Source: Heterodontus francisci
Lineage: Eukaryota
NCBI RefSeq assembly: GCF_036365525.1
Contig: NC_090397.1
Location: forward strand, 13,252,289-13,316,288
Direction: 5' to 3'
DNA: 64,000 nt
Positions within the stretch are counted from its first letter, which is position 1, and each line of letters opens with the position of its first letter. Below the pieces are notes generated by a model that was not told the DNA's origin, made no database searches, and saw only the letters and a list, made by a program, of their open reading frames with translations. The position numbers and the translations under genes were made by a program. This document shows positions 50,470 through 61,789 of this stretch, piece after piece.

Positions 50470-51016
50470 TAATAAAAGCAAAATACTGCGGATGCTGGAA
50501 ATCTGAAATAAAAACAAGAAATGCTGGAAATACTCAGCAGGTCTGGCAGCATCTGTGGAGAGAGAAGCAGAGTTAACATTTCAGGTCAGTGACCCTTCTT
50601 CAGAACTAGCAAATATTAGAAATGTAAAAGGTTATAAGCAAGTAAAGCAGGCGTGGGGCATGAGATAACAAAGGAAAAGGTGTAAATAGGACAAAGCCAC
50701 AGAATAGCTGACCAGAAGGTCGTGGAGCAAAGGCAAACAATACGTTAATGGTGTGTTGAAAGACAAAGCATTAGTACAGATAGGGTGTTAATGGACTGAA
50801 AGTTGAACAGCTGCAAGTACAAACATGAAAAAAAAGTGGGTAAGCAAACTGAACAAACTGAGATGAAATAAAATAAAATAAACACAATATATATATATAT
50901 AAAAGAAAAGGAAAAAGAAAAAAAATAACTGAAAATAAAAGTAAAATGCTCTGAAATTATTGAACTCAATGTTCAGTCCGGCAGGCTGTAGTGTGCCTAA
51001 TCGGTAAATGAGATGC
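50470..51016 (-). mobile_element. Penelope-like element 3' fragment (endonuclease C-terminus and terminal repeat)
   Basis: [22 protein letters not shown] is a typical PLE ORF end; followed by a terminal repeat containing a hammerhead core. Confidence 0.85.
50570..50608 (-). ncRNA. Minimal type I hammerhead ribozyme motif (Penelope-associated)
   Basis: - strand: agtt CTGAAGA a gggtca-c-tgacct GAAA tgtt a act; stem I agtt/aact, hairpin stem II, near-palindromic minimal stem III. Confidence 0.6.
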
Positions 51017-51589
51017 AAGCTCAAGGAACAGTGAGCGGCAGGAAGTTTTAGTCAGGGACAGCTGGCACCGTGTGCTGGCCACTCTGAACCAGGAGAATCT
51101 CATTCTGAGCGGCGAGCAGCCCGGGGACACCGCCGCCTGGAATGGTCTCACCAACGGAGCCGGCTCACAGAGTCCTCAGCCCGGATCCCTAACTCCGAAA
51201 GCCACTGGGAACTGCAATGCCTATGCCGAGCTCCCGGAACAAATCCCCGAGACCATCAGCAACAAGAAACGAAGCATCAGGGTCATCAAGTACGAAGTCG
51301 GGGGCCTGGTGATCAGCATCAAGGGAGGCAGGGAAATTAAGATGCCAATCCTGATCTCAAAGATCTTCAAAGGTCTGGCAGCCGACAAGACCAAGGCTCT
51401 ATATGTGGGGGACGCCATCGTAACACCCTAGATATCCCTTCCCAGCTCCCCCCTCGCACCACCTTCCCCTGCACCCCCTCCCCTAACCCCCTGCAGCCCC
51501 ACTCGCACCACCTTCCCTCCACCCCTCCCCCCACCGCACCCCCATCCCCCACCTCCTCCCACCGGCATCCACCTATCCCCGAGCAGGGG

Positions 51590-53648
51590 CCCTAACAACC
51601 CCACTTCCTTGTGGGCGTCTCGGGAGAGACCAAGGCTAAGGGAGTAAACCCTAACAGAAAATCCGGAGCGGAACCCCGTAGGCGGTCATGTGTCACCTTT
51701 GGCATGTTTCTGGCAGTTCCTGCAGCCATACCGGTGCCAAACATCGTGCTCTGCACTCCTTTGGACCCCACCAGGAAGGCCGAGGGGGGTTTTTTTGATG
51801 CTTGGGCAACTCACAACCCCCATACATCTGCCCACGCATGCGCCATGGAGAGGTCACTCCATAGCCGCCTCACAGCGACCAAAACAACACGGAAGGCAGC
51901 AGTTCCGGGTTATAAGTCCAGCTCAATTGGCGTAGAGATTGAGCACCACAGGTTGCCTTTGTCGGTGGGAGAGGTTTTTGCATCTCACTGGACAGTTACC
52001 GCCCACCTCAAACCGGCCAGCCTCCGGTCAGTAAAGTTCTGTCCCACCACAGTCCACCTGTTTCAATGGGTGCTTGGAGCTCCGGGTCACTGCCCAACAA
52101 GTGGACTGTAACACCGTACCAAACAGCACGACAAAAAAGGAAAGAAGGTACCAGTCCTTAGTTTTGCAAGCTGGAACGTCAGAACTATGTGTCCTGGCCT
52201 ATCAGAAGACCTTACACAAACCAATTGTTCTTGGAAGACCACCATCATTAACAACGAGCTGCGTAGACTCAATGTGGACATTGCAGCACTTCAGGAGACA
52301 TGCCTCCCTGCGAGCAGATCTCTAAGCGAGCAAGACTACAACTTCTTCTGGCAGGGTAGGGATCCTGAAGAACCAAGACATCATGGAGTGGGCTTCGCCA
52401 TCAGAGACTCCTTGCTCAGCATGATAGAGCCAACTTCAAATGGCTCGGCACGCATACTGTCCATCCAACTGCTCACTGCCTCTGGTCCAGTACATCTACT
52501 CAGCATCTATGCTCCAACACTCTGCTCCCGACCTGAAGCTAAAGACCAATTCTGCGAGGTACTCCATAATATCATTAGTAGCATCCCCAATACCGAACAT
52601 CTGTTTCTGCTGGGGGACTTTAATGCCAGGGTTGGGGCCGACCATGACTCATGGCCCTCCTGCCTTGGGCGCTATGGCATTGGAAGGATGAATGGGAATG
52701 GACAGAGACTGCTTGAGTTGAGTACCTATCACAACCTCTGCATCACCAACTCGTTCTTTCACACTAAACCCTGTCACCATGTTTCTTGGAGGCACCCAAG
52801 ATCACGTCGTTGGCACCAGCTGGGACCTCATCGTCACAAGGCGAGCCTCTTTAAACAGCGTTCAAATCACACGCAGCTTCCACAGTGCGGACTGCGACAC
52901 CGACCACACCCTGGTGTGCAGCAAGGTTAGACTCAAACCAAAGAAGCTGCATCACTACAAGCAGAAGGGCCGCCCGCGCATCAACACTAGCAGAATTTCT
53001 TATCCACAGCTGTTACATAAGTTTCTAAATTCACTTGAAAAAGCCCTTCAAAATACTCCTACAGGGGATGCACAGACTAAGTGGGCCCACATCAGAGGCG
53101 CAATCTATGATTCAGCAATGACCACCAATGGCAAACGTGAGAAGCAGAATGCAGACTGGTTTCAATCCCACTTTGAAGAGCTGGAACCTGTCATAGCCGC
53201 TAAGCGCATTGCACTGTTGAACTACAAGAAAGCCCCCAGCGAGTTAACATCCGTAGCACTTAAAGCAGCCAGAAGCGCTGCACAAAGAACAGCCACGAGC
53301 TGTGCAAATGACTACTGGCAACACCTATGCAGTCATATTCAGCTGGCCTCCGACACCAGAGGAATGTATGATGGCATTAAGAAAGCTTTTGGGCCAACCA
53401 TCAGGAATATGGCACCCCCTCAAGTCTAAATCAGGGGACACAATCACTGACCAACAGAAACAAATGGACCGCTGGGTGGAGCACTACCTAGAACTGTACT
53501 CCAGGGAAAATGTCACTGAGACTGCCCTCAATGCAGCCCAGTCTCTGCCTGTCATGGATGAGCTGGATGAACAGCCAACAAAATTGGAACTCAGTGATGC
53601 CATTGATTCTCTCGCCAGTGGAAAAGCCCCTGGGAAGGACAGCATTAC
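51590..53648 (+). mobile_element. RTE-clade LINE, 5' half (5'UTR, APE endonuclease, linker)
   Basis: DIAALQET, GVGFAI, SIYAPT, LGDFNARVG, DTDHTLV motifs; ends at KAPGKDSI where a CR1 begins. Confidence 0.9.
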
Positions 53649-56600
53649 AGAATCACAGAATAATACAGTGCAGAAGAGGCCCTTCGGCCCATCAAGTCTG
53701 CATCAATGCATTAAAGACACCTGACCTATCTACCGAATCCCATTTGCCAGGACATGGCCCATAGCCTTGAATGTTATGACGTGCCAAGTGCTCGTCCAGG
53801 TACTTTTTAAAGGATCTGAGGCAACCTGCCTCTACCACCCTCCCAAGCAGTGCATTCCAGACCGTCACCACCCTCTGGGTAAAAAAGTTCTTCCTCAAAT
53901 GCCCCTTAAACCTCCTGTCCCTCACCTTAAAGTGTATCCCCACGTAACTGACCCTTCAACGAAGGGGAACAGCTGCTCCCTATCCACCCTGTCCATGCCC
54001 CTCATAATCTTGTACACCTCGATCAGGTCACCCCTCAGTCTTCTCTGCTCCAGCGAAAACAACCCAAACCTATCCAACCTCTCTTCATAGCTTAAATGTT
54101 CCATCCCAGGCAACATCCTGGCGAATCGCCTCTGCACGCCCTCCAGTGCAATCACATCCTTCCTATAATGTGGCAACCAGAATTGCACACAGTACTCCAG
54201 CTGTGGCCTTACCAAAGTTCTATACAACTCCAACATGCTTTTGTAATCTATGCCTCGATTGATAAAGGCAAGTGTCCCATATGCCTTTTTCCCCACCCTA
54301 TTAATCTGCCCTTCTGCCTTCAGAGATCTATGGACAAACACCCCAAGGTCCCTTTGTTCTTTGGAACTTCCCAGTGTCAGGCCATTCATTGAATACTTAC
54401 GTGTCACATTACTCCTTCCAAAGTGTATCACCTCACACTTTTCAGGGTTAAATTCCATCTGCACGTTTCTGCCCATTTGACCATCCCGTCTATATCTTCC
54501 TGCAACCCAAGACACTCAACCTCACTGTTAACCTCACTGTGAACTTACTGATCCTACCCCCCACATAGTCATCTCTGTCATTTATATAAATGACAAACAA
54601 TAGGGGACCCAGCACAGATCCCTGTGGTACGCCACTGGACACTGGCTTCCAGTCACTAAAACAGCCATCTGTCATCACTCTCTATCTCCTACAGTTAAGC
54701 CAATTTTGAAACCACCTTATCAAGTTACCCTGTATCCCATGTGCATTTGCTTTCTTGATAAGTCTCCCATGTGGGACCTTGTCAAAGGCTTTGCTGAAAT
54801 CCATGTAAACTACATCAACTGCACTACCCTCATCTACACACCTGGTCACATGCTCAAAAAATTCAATCAAATTTGTTAGGCATGACCTCCCTCTGACAAA
54901 GCCATGCTGACTATTCCTAATCAAATTTTGCCTCTCCAAGTGGAGATAGATTCTCTCCTTCAGAATTTTCTCCAATAGCTTCCCTACCACTGACGTGAGA
55001 CTCACTGGTCTGTAGTTCCCTGGCTTATCTCTACAACCTTTCTTAAATAGTGGGACCACATTAACTGTTCTCCAGTCCTCTGGCACCTCCCCCATGGCCA
55101 GAGAGGAATTAAAAATTTGGGTCAGAGCCCCTGCAATCTCCACTCTTGCCTCCCCCAACATCCTGGGACACAAATCGTCCGGACCTGGATATTTGTCCAC
55201 TGTTAAGCCTGCCAAAACCTCCAATACCTTGTCACTCCCTATAACAATTTGCTCAAGAACCTCACAGTCTCTCTCTCTGAGTTCCATATCTACATTCTCA
55301 TTCTCTTGGGTGAAGACAGATGTGAAGTATTCATTCAACACCCTACCAATGTCCTCTGGCTCCACCCACAGACTTCCCCCTTGGTCCCTAATGGGTCCTA
55401 CTCTTTCCATAATTATCCTCTTCCCATTGATATACTTATAGAATATCTTGGGATTTTCCCTACTTTTACCAGCCAGAGCTTTCTCATATCCCCTCTTTGC
55501 TCTCCTAATTGCTTTCTTAAGCTCCATCCTACACTTTCTGTACTCCACTAATGCTTCCGTTGATTTGCTCTCCTTGTATTTGCTAAAAGCCTCTCTTTTC
55601 CTTCTCATCGTACCCTCAGTGTTTCTGGTCATCCTTGGTTCTCTGGGCTTGTTGCTCCTACCTATTACCCTAGAGGGAACATGTTGGGCCTGTACCCTCC
55701 CCATTTCCTTTTTGAATGCCCCCCACTGCTCTTCTGTAGATTTCCCGACAAGTAACTCTTTCCAGTTTACCTTGGCTTGATCCTGCCTTATTTTACAAAA
55801 ATTCGCTCTCCCCGAATCCAAAACCTTTTTTTGCAACCTGTCTATTTCTTTCTCCATAACAAGCTTAAATTGTACCATGTTGTGGTCGCTATCACCAAAA
55901 TGATCCCCCACCTGTCCACATCAACCACCTGTCCGGCTTCATTCCCCAGAATTAGGTCCAGCACTGCACCCTCCCTTGTTGGATCCTCTACATATTGAGC
56001 TAAAAAGTTCTCCTGTATACATTTTAAGAACTCCACTCCATCTAAGCCGTTAACTATCCCAATTAATGTTGGGAATGTTGAAATCACCCAATATAATTAC
56101 TCTATTATTATTTTTACACACCTCTGAATTGTGCACATATTTGCTCCTCAATTTCCCGCTGACTATCTGGGGGTCTATAATAAACACCTAGCAATGTGGC
56201 TGTCCTTTTTTTCTTCCTAAACTCTACCCATAAAGCTTCATTTGATGCCCCCTCCAAGATATCATCTCTCCTTAATGCAGTAAGTGACTCCTTAACTAAA
56301 ATTGCAATGCCCCCTCCTCTTTTACCTCCTCCTCTGTCTCGCCTGAAGACTCTATATCACGGGATATTGAGCTGCCAATCCTGCCCCTCCCTCAACCATG
56401 TCTCCGTGATGGCTACTATATCACAATTCCACGTGTCAATCCTTGCCCTTAACTCATCCATTTTACCTGTAATACTCCTGGCATTAAAGTAGAGGCCATC
56501 CATCCTGGTCTTACTCCCTTGAAACTTACTTCTGCTGTATTCCCTCTGACTTGTTTGCTTTCCTGTGTTTAGCTGTGTCCCTATTCTGTTAGGAGTCTGC

Positions 56601-57365
56601 ATCCCCTCCCCCTGCCAAATTAGTTTAAACTCCTTCCAACAGCACTAGCAAACCCACCAGCAAGGATGTTAGTCCCCCTTTGGTTCAGATGTAGACCGTC
56701 CCGCTTGTACAGGTCCCACCTTCCCCAGAAACGGTCCCAGTGGTCCAGGAATCTAAAACCCTCCCTCCTGCACCAACTCTTAAGCCATGCATTCATCTGT
56801 GCTATTCTATTTCTATACTCGCTAGCACGTGGCACTGGGAATAATCCAGAGATTACAACCTGAGAGGTCCTGCTTTTTAGTCTACTGCCTAACTCCCTGA
56901 ATTCTTGATGCAAGACCTCATCCCTCTTTCTGCCTATGTCATTAGTACCAACATGTACCATGACCTCTGCCTTATCACCCTCCCCCTTCAGGATGCCCTG
57001 CAGCCGTTCAGTGACATCCCGGACCCTGGCACCAGAGAGGCAACACACCATTCTGGAGTCACGTTGACGGCCACAGTAGCGCCTATCTGTTCCCGACTAT
57101 GGAATCCCCTATTACTATTGCTCTTCCTCTCTTTCCCCCTTCCTGTACAGACAGGCTGCTTGTGATGCCAGAAGCTTGGCTCTGTCCGCACTCCCTGGAG
57201 GAACCAGCCTCATCAGCCTCTAAAATGGAATACCGATTTGCAAGCGGGACCCCAGGGGACTCCTGAACTACCTGCCTGTTTCTCTTGGACTGCCTGGTGG
57301 TCACCCATTCCCTTCCTTCCTCAAGTCCCTTCAGCTGCGGTGTGACCACCTCTCTAAACGTGCTA
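53649..57365 (-). mobile_element. Near full-length CR1 LINE (ORF1 esterase, APE, RT, 3' tail)
   Basis: IVIGDSIV/VHVGTNDIG/DGLHL SGNH ORF1; NARSI…IVAITETWL APE; NYRPVSLTS…MDFSKAFDKVPH RT; (ATTCTGTG)n tail. Confidence 0.95.
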
Positions 57366-58598
57366 AACAGTGATTCTTCCACTCCCTAATCCTGGATACT
57401 GGGATCAATTATAAAATCCTTACCGCCCAACAGGGGACTGTTCCTGGGACTTTCCTGGTTTCTATGACTCAGTTATTCACTGGGTAAATTCACTAATTGC
57501 ATTTTAGTTAAAAATAATGTTATAAATGACAGTTTGATGAAGGCTGAGGGCAGAAAGCTCCAAAGATGGAGGAAAAACAACAGTTGCTGGATGACAGATC
57601 CTCAGGACATCCCAGTACAGAAGAGCCAAATAGCATTTCAGTAAGGAGGAAGATGAGAAAGAAATTGCATTTATACAGATCTGTATCACAACTTCAGGAT
57701 GTCCAAAAGCACTATACAACCAATTGATTACTTTTGAAGTTGCTGCTAGGCAGAAATAATATTTATGTCTGCATATATTTAAAGGAACAATGATGTTTGT
57801 GATCTTTTCAGACTATTTACAATTGGTGCCCTGCTATTTATTTTCAGAGGGACTATCAATACTGCAGCTGCCCTGCATCGTGCTTTTGGCACCGCAGCTT
57901 GGATTAGGGCTGGGGGTGGGGTCGGATGAAGGTTGAGGGGGCTCAGGTTTAGGGTTTTGGAGATATGGACATTGTTTGCACTGTGCGAGATCTGCACTGT
58001 TAACTCTGCGTTGCCTGCAGAAACTGCTATTGACAACAACCATTATCACTAAATGGTATCCATTTATTTTATGCAAAATTTAACCTGGCATATACAATAC
58101 ATTCTATATGGCTGAAAATTTATGATGTAAAGTTGTAGATTAATTGATAGAGATTGATTGTCATGATTAGTCAACAACTTCATTATCTTTCTATCATACA
58201 ACTGTCAGGATAGTAGAAGGTGAACTAGATGGACCTTGGTCCTTTTTCAACTCGCAATTCCTACGTTTGTATTTAATTTTTAAAATAATCTTTGTACAAT
58301 TGTGGCTGCTGTTTAATCAGTTGATGAACAGGACAGGAAAACAACCTTTCTGTTGTGGCGTCCCTGGTTCCCTTCCTTTCTTTTTCAGAAGGGTCAGTGA
58401 AACAAACTTGCTTAAATCAACAGCACCAGGTTAATTTGTATGGAAGTTGTTTATGTAAATATTATTTGTATATGCTCAGGCAAAAAAAAATTACCTGGTG
58501 GATCTCTTCCCACTCCCTCAGTCTTCAGTTGCCACCATCCAATACTGTGCCAGGATTCAGCACTACTTCCTCCCAAACCAAAGGAAGTGAGAAAACAG

Positions 58599-58831
58599 AA
58601 ACAAGAAATGCTGGATTCACTCAGCAGCTCTGGCAGCATCTGTGGCAAGAGAAGCAGAGTTAACGTTTCGGGTCAGTGACCCTTCTTCGGAGAGTTCCGA
58701 AGAAGGGTCACTGACCCGAAACGTTAACTCTGCTTCTCTTTCCACAGATGCTGCCAGACCTGCTGAGTGAATCCAGCATTTCTTGTTTTTGTTTCAGATT
58801 TCCAGCATCCGCAGTATTTTGCTTTTATTTT
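58599..58831. mobile_element. Palindromic Penelope-derived mini-element
   Basis: ~95-bp inverted arms centred near 58693; 13-bp TSD AGTGAGAAAACAG (58586-98 and 58832-44). Confidence 0.85.
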
Positions 58832-61789
58832 AGTGAGAAAACAGGTTGGGAGAACATTATAGTCCTTTACAATGCTTGTCTCCCCTTCCTGAAGTGGCAC
58901 CCATAATCCCATCCCAGCTGAGGTCAGTCTCTGCATAGATCAGCAATTGAACCTCCAGTTACATATTGCTCAGTTACACTTTGTTTTTACCAGTTCAGGG
59001 ATTGGGGCCAGAAAGTTGTGAAGGAGCGTTATCCTCACGTCACACAGCCCAACTGGCTGATACAATGTCAGGATGCCTAATTTGGACCATGGAAGCCAGG
59101 CCACAATTTCACATGCCAATCTGCAAACAACAAGCACTGAACTGCAAGATATGCCTTACACTAGCATTCCTTAACGCATCAGGCACCCAAATTACAGGTA
59201 ATTTTTAAGAACTTGGATGATAACAAATGGTCTGGAAGTACTCTGGAGTGTTTTTGGAAGTGTTATGGTGGGTTCCTGGACTGGGCGGTGAGTGTTACTC
59301 TACCCTGACAGGAATGGCAGAGAAGTAGGTGATCTGTCCACACAAAGACTCCGACAGGTTTAGGGGTAGCAGCGACAGTGCCTCTGGGTCTGCAGCATGA
59401 CTGGGAAATGGAGCAGAGTCTGTGGAAACAGCAAGTTCTGTGTGGTGCCATCTGCCAACTTAGAACTGACTCCTCAACACTCCTTAATAGTGACAGGAGG
59501 CTGTCTGGCAGACCAGCCAATGCATCCACCCTTTCAGTGTGCATACCTGTAGATCCTCCTCTAAGTCCTCTGCAGCAGAACATGTCTGCAACCTTGCCCA
59601 TCCAGTGAGCTGGCAAACAAACCATCCTTTCCTCCTGGCCCGAATACAACCCACTCGTGCCCGATGACTAACCACATGCTGATCCCAACTCTATACTTGC
59701 CTCCAAAGCACATGAGCTGGTGGTTGTGAGTGTCAGATCAAATGATGGAGCCTCTTTATCAGTGCTGTACTATTGCTCTCTCTCTCTCCTCGTTGGGCTG
59801 CTCTGTCTAGGCAGACAGCAGTTCTTGGGTGTCTGAGAGCAGGAAATCAGAAGGGGTAGGTTGGTGTGAGGGAAGCAGGGGTGGGGTAGAAAGCAAGAGG
59901 TCTGTGGTTACACCATCTGCAGCTTGCTCATCATGCCAGATAGCAGGATGAGGGTGAGCTGGGAGTTGAGAAGGGGCATAAGGCAGGAGCATACCATCAT
60001 CCTCAATGTTCGAAGTGACACTGGATGCCACAGGCCCCATCAAAGCCGGCCCAATGATGCTGAGAGACATTCCCCTCTGTAGGACTTAAGAGATACAGGC
60101 GTCTTTGACCTCCACCACTTCTGCTCTGCTCCATTCTATTGTGCGTCACCCTGTCCTGTAAGAGAGAGGGCAGAATGTCCGTGATTGTGTGATGCTGTGC
60201 TTGGGCGATGAGCTTGCCATAGCTGAATAGCTAAAGGAATATGGAGGCTGTGAGGTGGGTGAGAGACTCTCAGCATTGGTAGCTGTGTGAAGATGAGGTG
60301 GAGTATCTGGATGTTAGGCGTAAGTCCTGAGTGCCAGGCAGTGCTGCTGGGTGAGTGACGGGGTGTGGCACATCTAACAATGTGAGAGTTTTTTGGTTCA
60401 GTGGGCAGGAGAATTCATGTGAAGAGACAGTCACTGATATTGGCCACCCGCTTCAAGTCATTCGACTTCTTCTGGCCCCTTGCAGAACCACAGCATCTCT
60501 CCTCCATCCTATCTCCACCAATAATATCTCCAATGCTGCATCCATCACTCTGGAACCCTCTCTCTGCCCTAGTGTTCTATTTTCTATGATTTGAATTCCA
60601 GCAGCATTATTCAGTACAATGTCCCTTTAAGAGGGACAGCCTGCATTTAAAAGCAGAGTGCTGGCTGCACCACATGCTATTAGCACAACACTGTTTGGCC
60701 CCCTTGCTGAGCGCAGAGATGTGAGGTAGATGTTTGGCCGCATGCTGCAATCGTGGTAATCAGGTGGGAGCACCAAACATGCGTGCTGCCCACCTCCAAC
60801 AGAACCAGCGTGAGCATGTCATGAATCACAACACCCACACCCAAAAACCAGGGCAGATGGATTTTTAGCCCTTTTCTTTCTACTTGTTATTCATTATCAT
60901 TCTGAACCTTTTTATTTGGTACTTACCGTAGATGTAACAGAGGATGATGCTTTGTTGATTCTCTAATGGAAGAACACAAGAAACTGCCATCACTTAATTA
61001 TTATGTGTCATATCAGAAGCAGCGGCTGAAATGATGAGCAAATTCACTCTGGAGTATTTTTCATACTATTAGACAACACAATTACTTGCATTTATATGAT
61101 GTCTTTAACACAGTAAACATCACCTTCCAAAGCATTGCACAAAGGAGAAAGGGACACTTATTAGCAGTATAATTGGGACAGTGGACCAAAACACGATTGA
61201 ATCTATTTTGATGAGACTTTTAAAAGCAGGATGGAGGAGGAGTTTAGAAGCGAGTTCCAGGCAGTAGTGATGCAGACCTGGGAGTCTCTGCTACCAATGG
61301 TGGGTTAAAAGCAGTGCAGGGCTGTGTAATGAGTGGAGGGATTGCACAGGATGCCAGAGTCAAAGGATGGCAGGACGGAGAGATGGAAGATGTTGCAGTG
61401 ATAGGGTGCAGCAAGACTGCCTCTGGCCGAATTGTGAATAAGCACGAAGAATCCAACTTTACAAGCAACCCCACTTTAAAGGAGCACTATAATATAACTA
61501 AAGTCACTAAAAGATATTTTGGATTAAAATAAAACTAATTCCTCAGCAGTTATATTTTGCAGGACAGCTATTTATCAGCCATATCTACTAAAGTGCACCG
61601 TCCTTACTTCACCCCTAAGCTGCCTGAATCTTTGCAGAGGAACAGGAGAGTCCGGGCGTGACAGTATTCTTGTTTAGTGGAGAGACAAAAATAAAAGATG
61701 TGATGTGACTAAACTTTCACTGGAATAAAGGCCAATCCAACCAGATAGATACTTTGAAAAATGACTGCACAAGGTGAGCACAGCAAAGT

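Noticed and set aside
51611-52111. 166-aa ORF upstream of the RTE endonuclease
   Set aside because: GTG start within the RTE 5' UTR and no recognisable domain.
57566-58586. Exon-like segments (MEEKQQLLDD…|gtaagg and cag|…GAA|gtgag) suggesting a downstream gene
   Set aside because: Short, no recognisable homology and no coherent exon chain; cannot be supported without RNA data.
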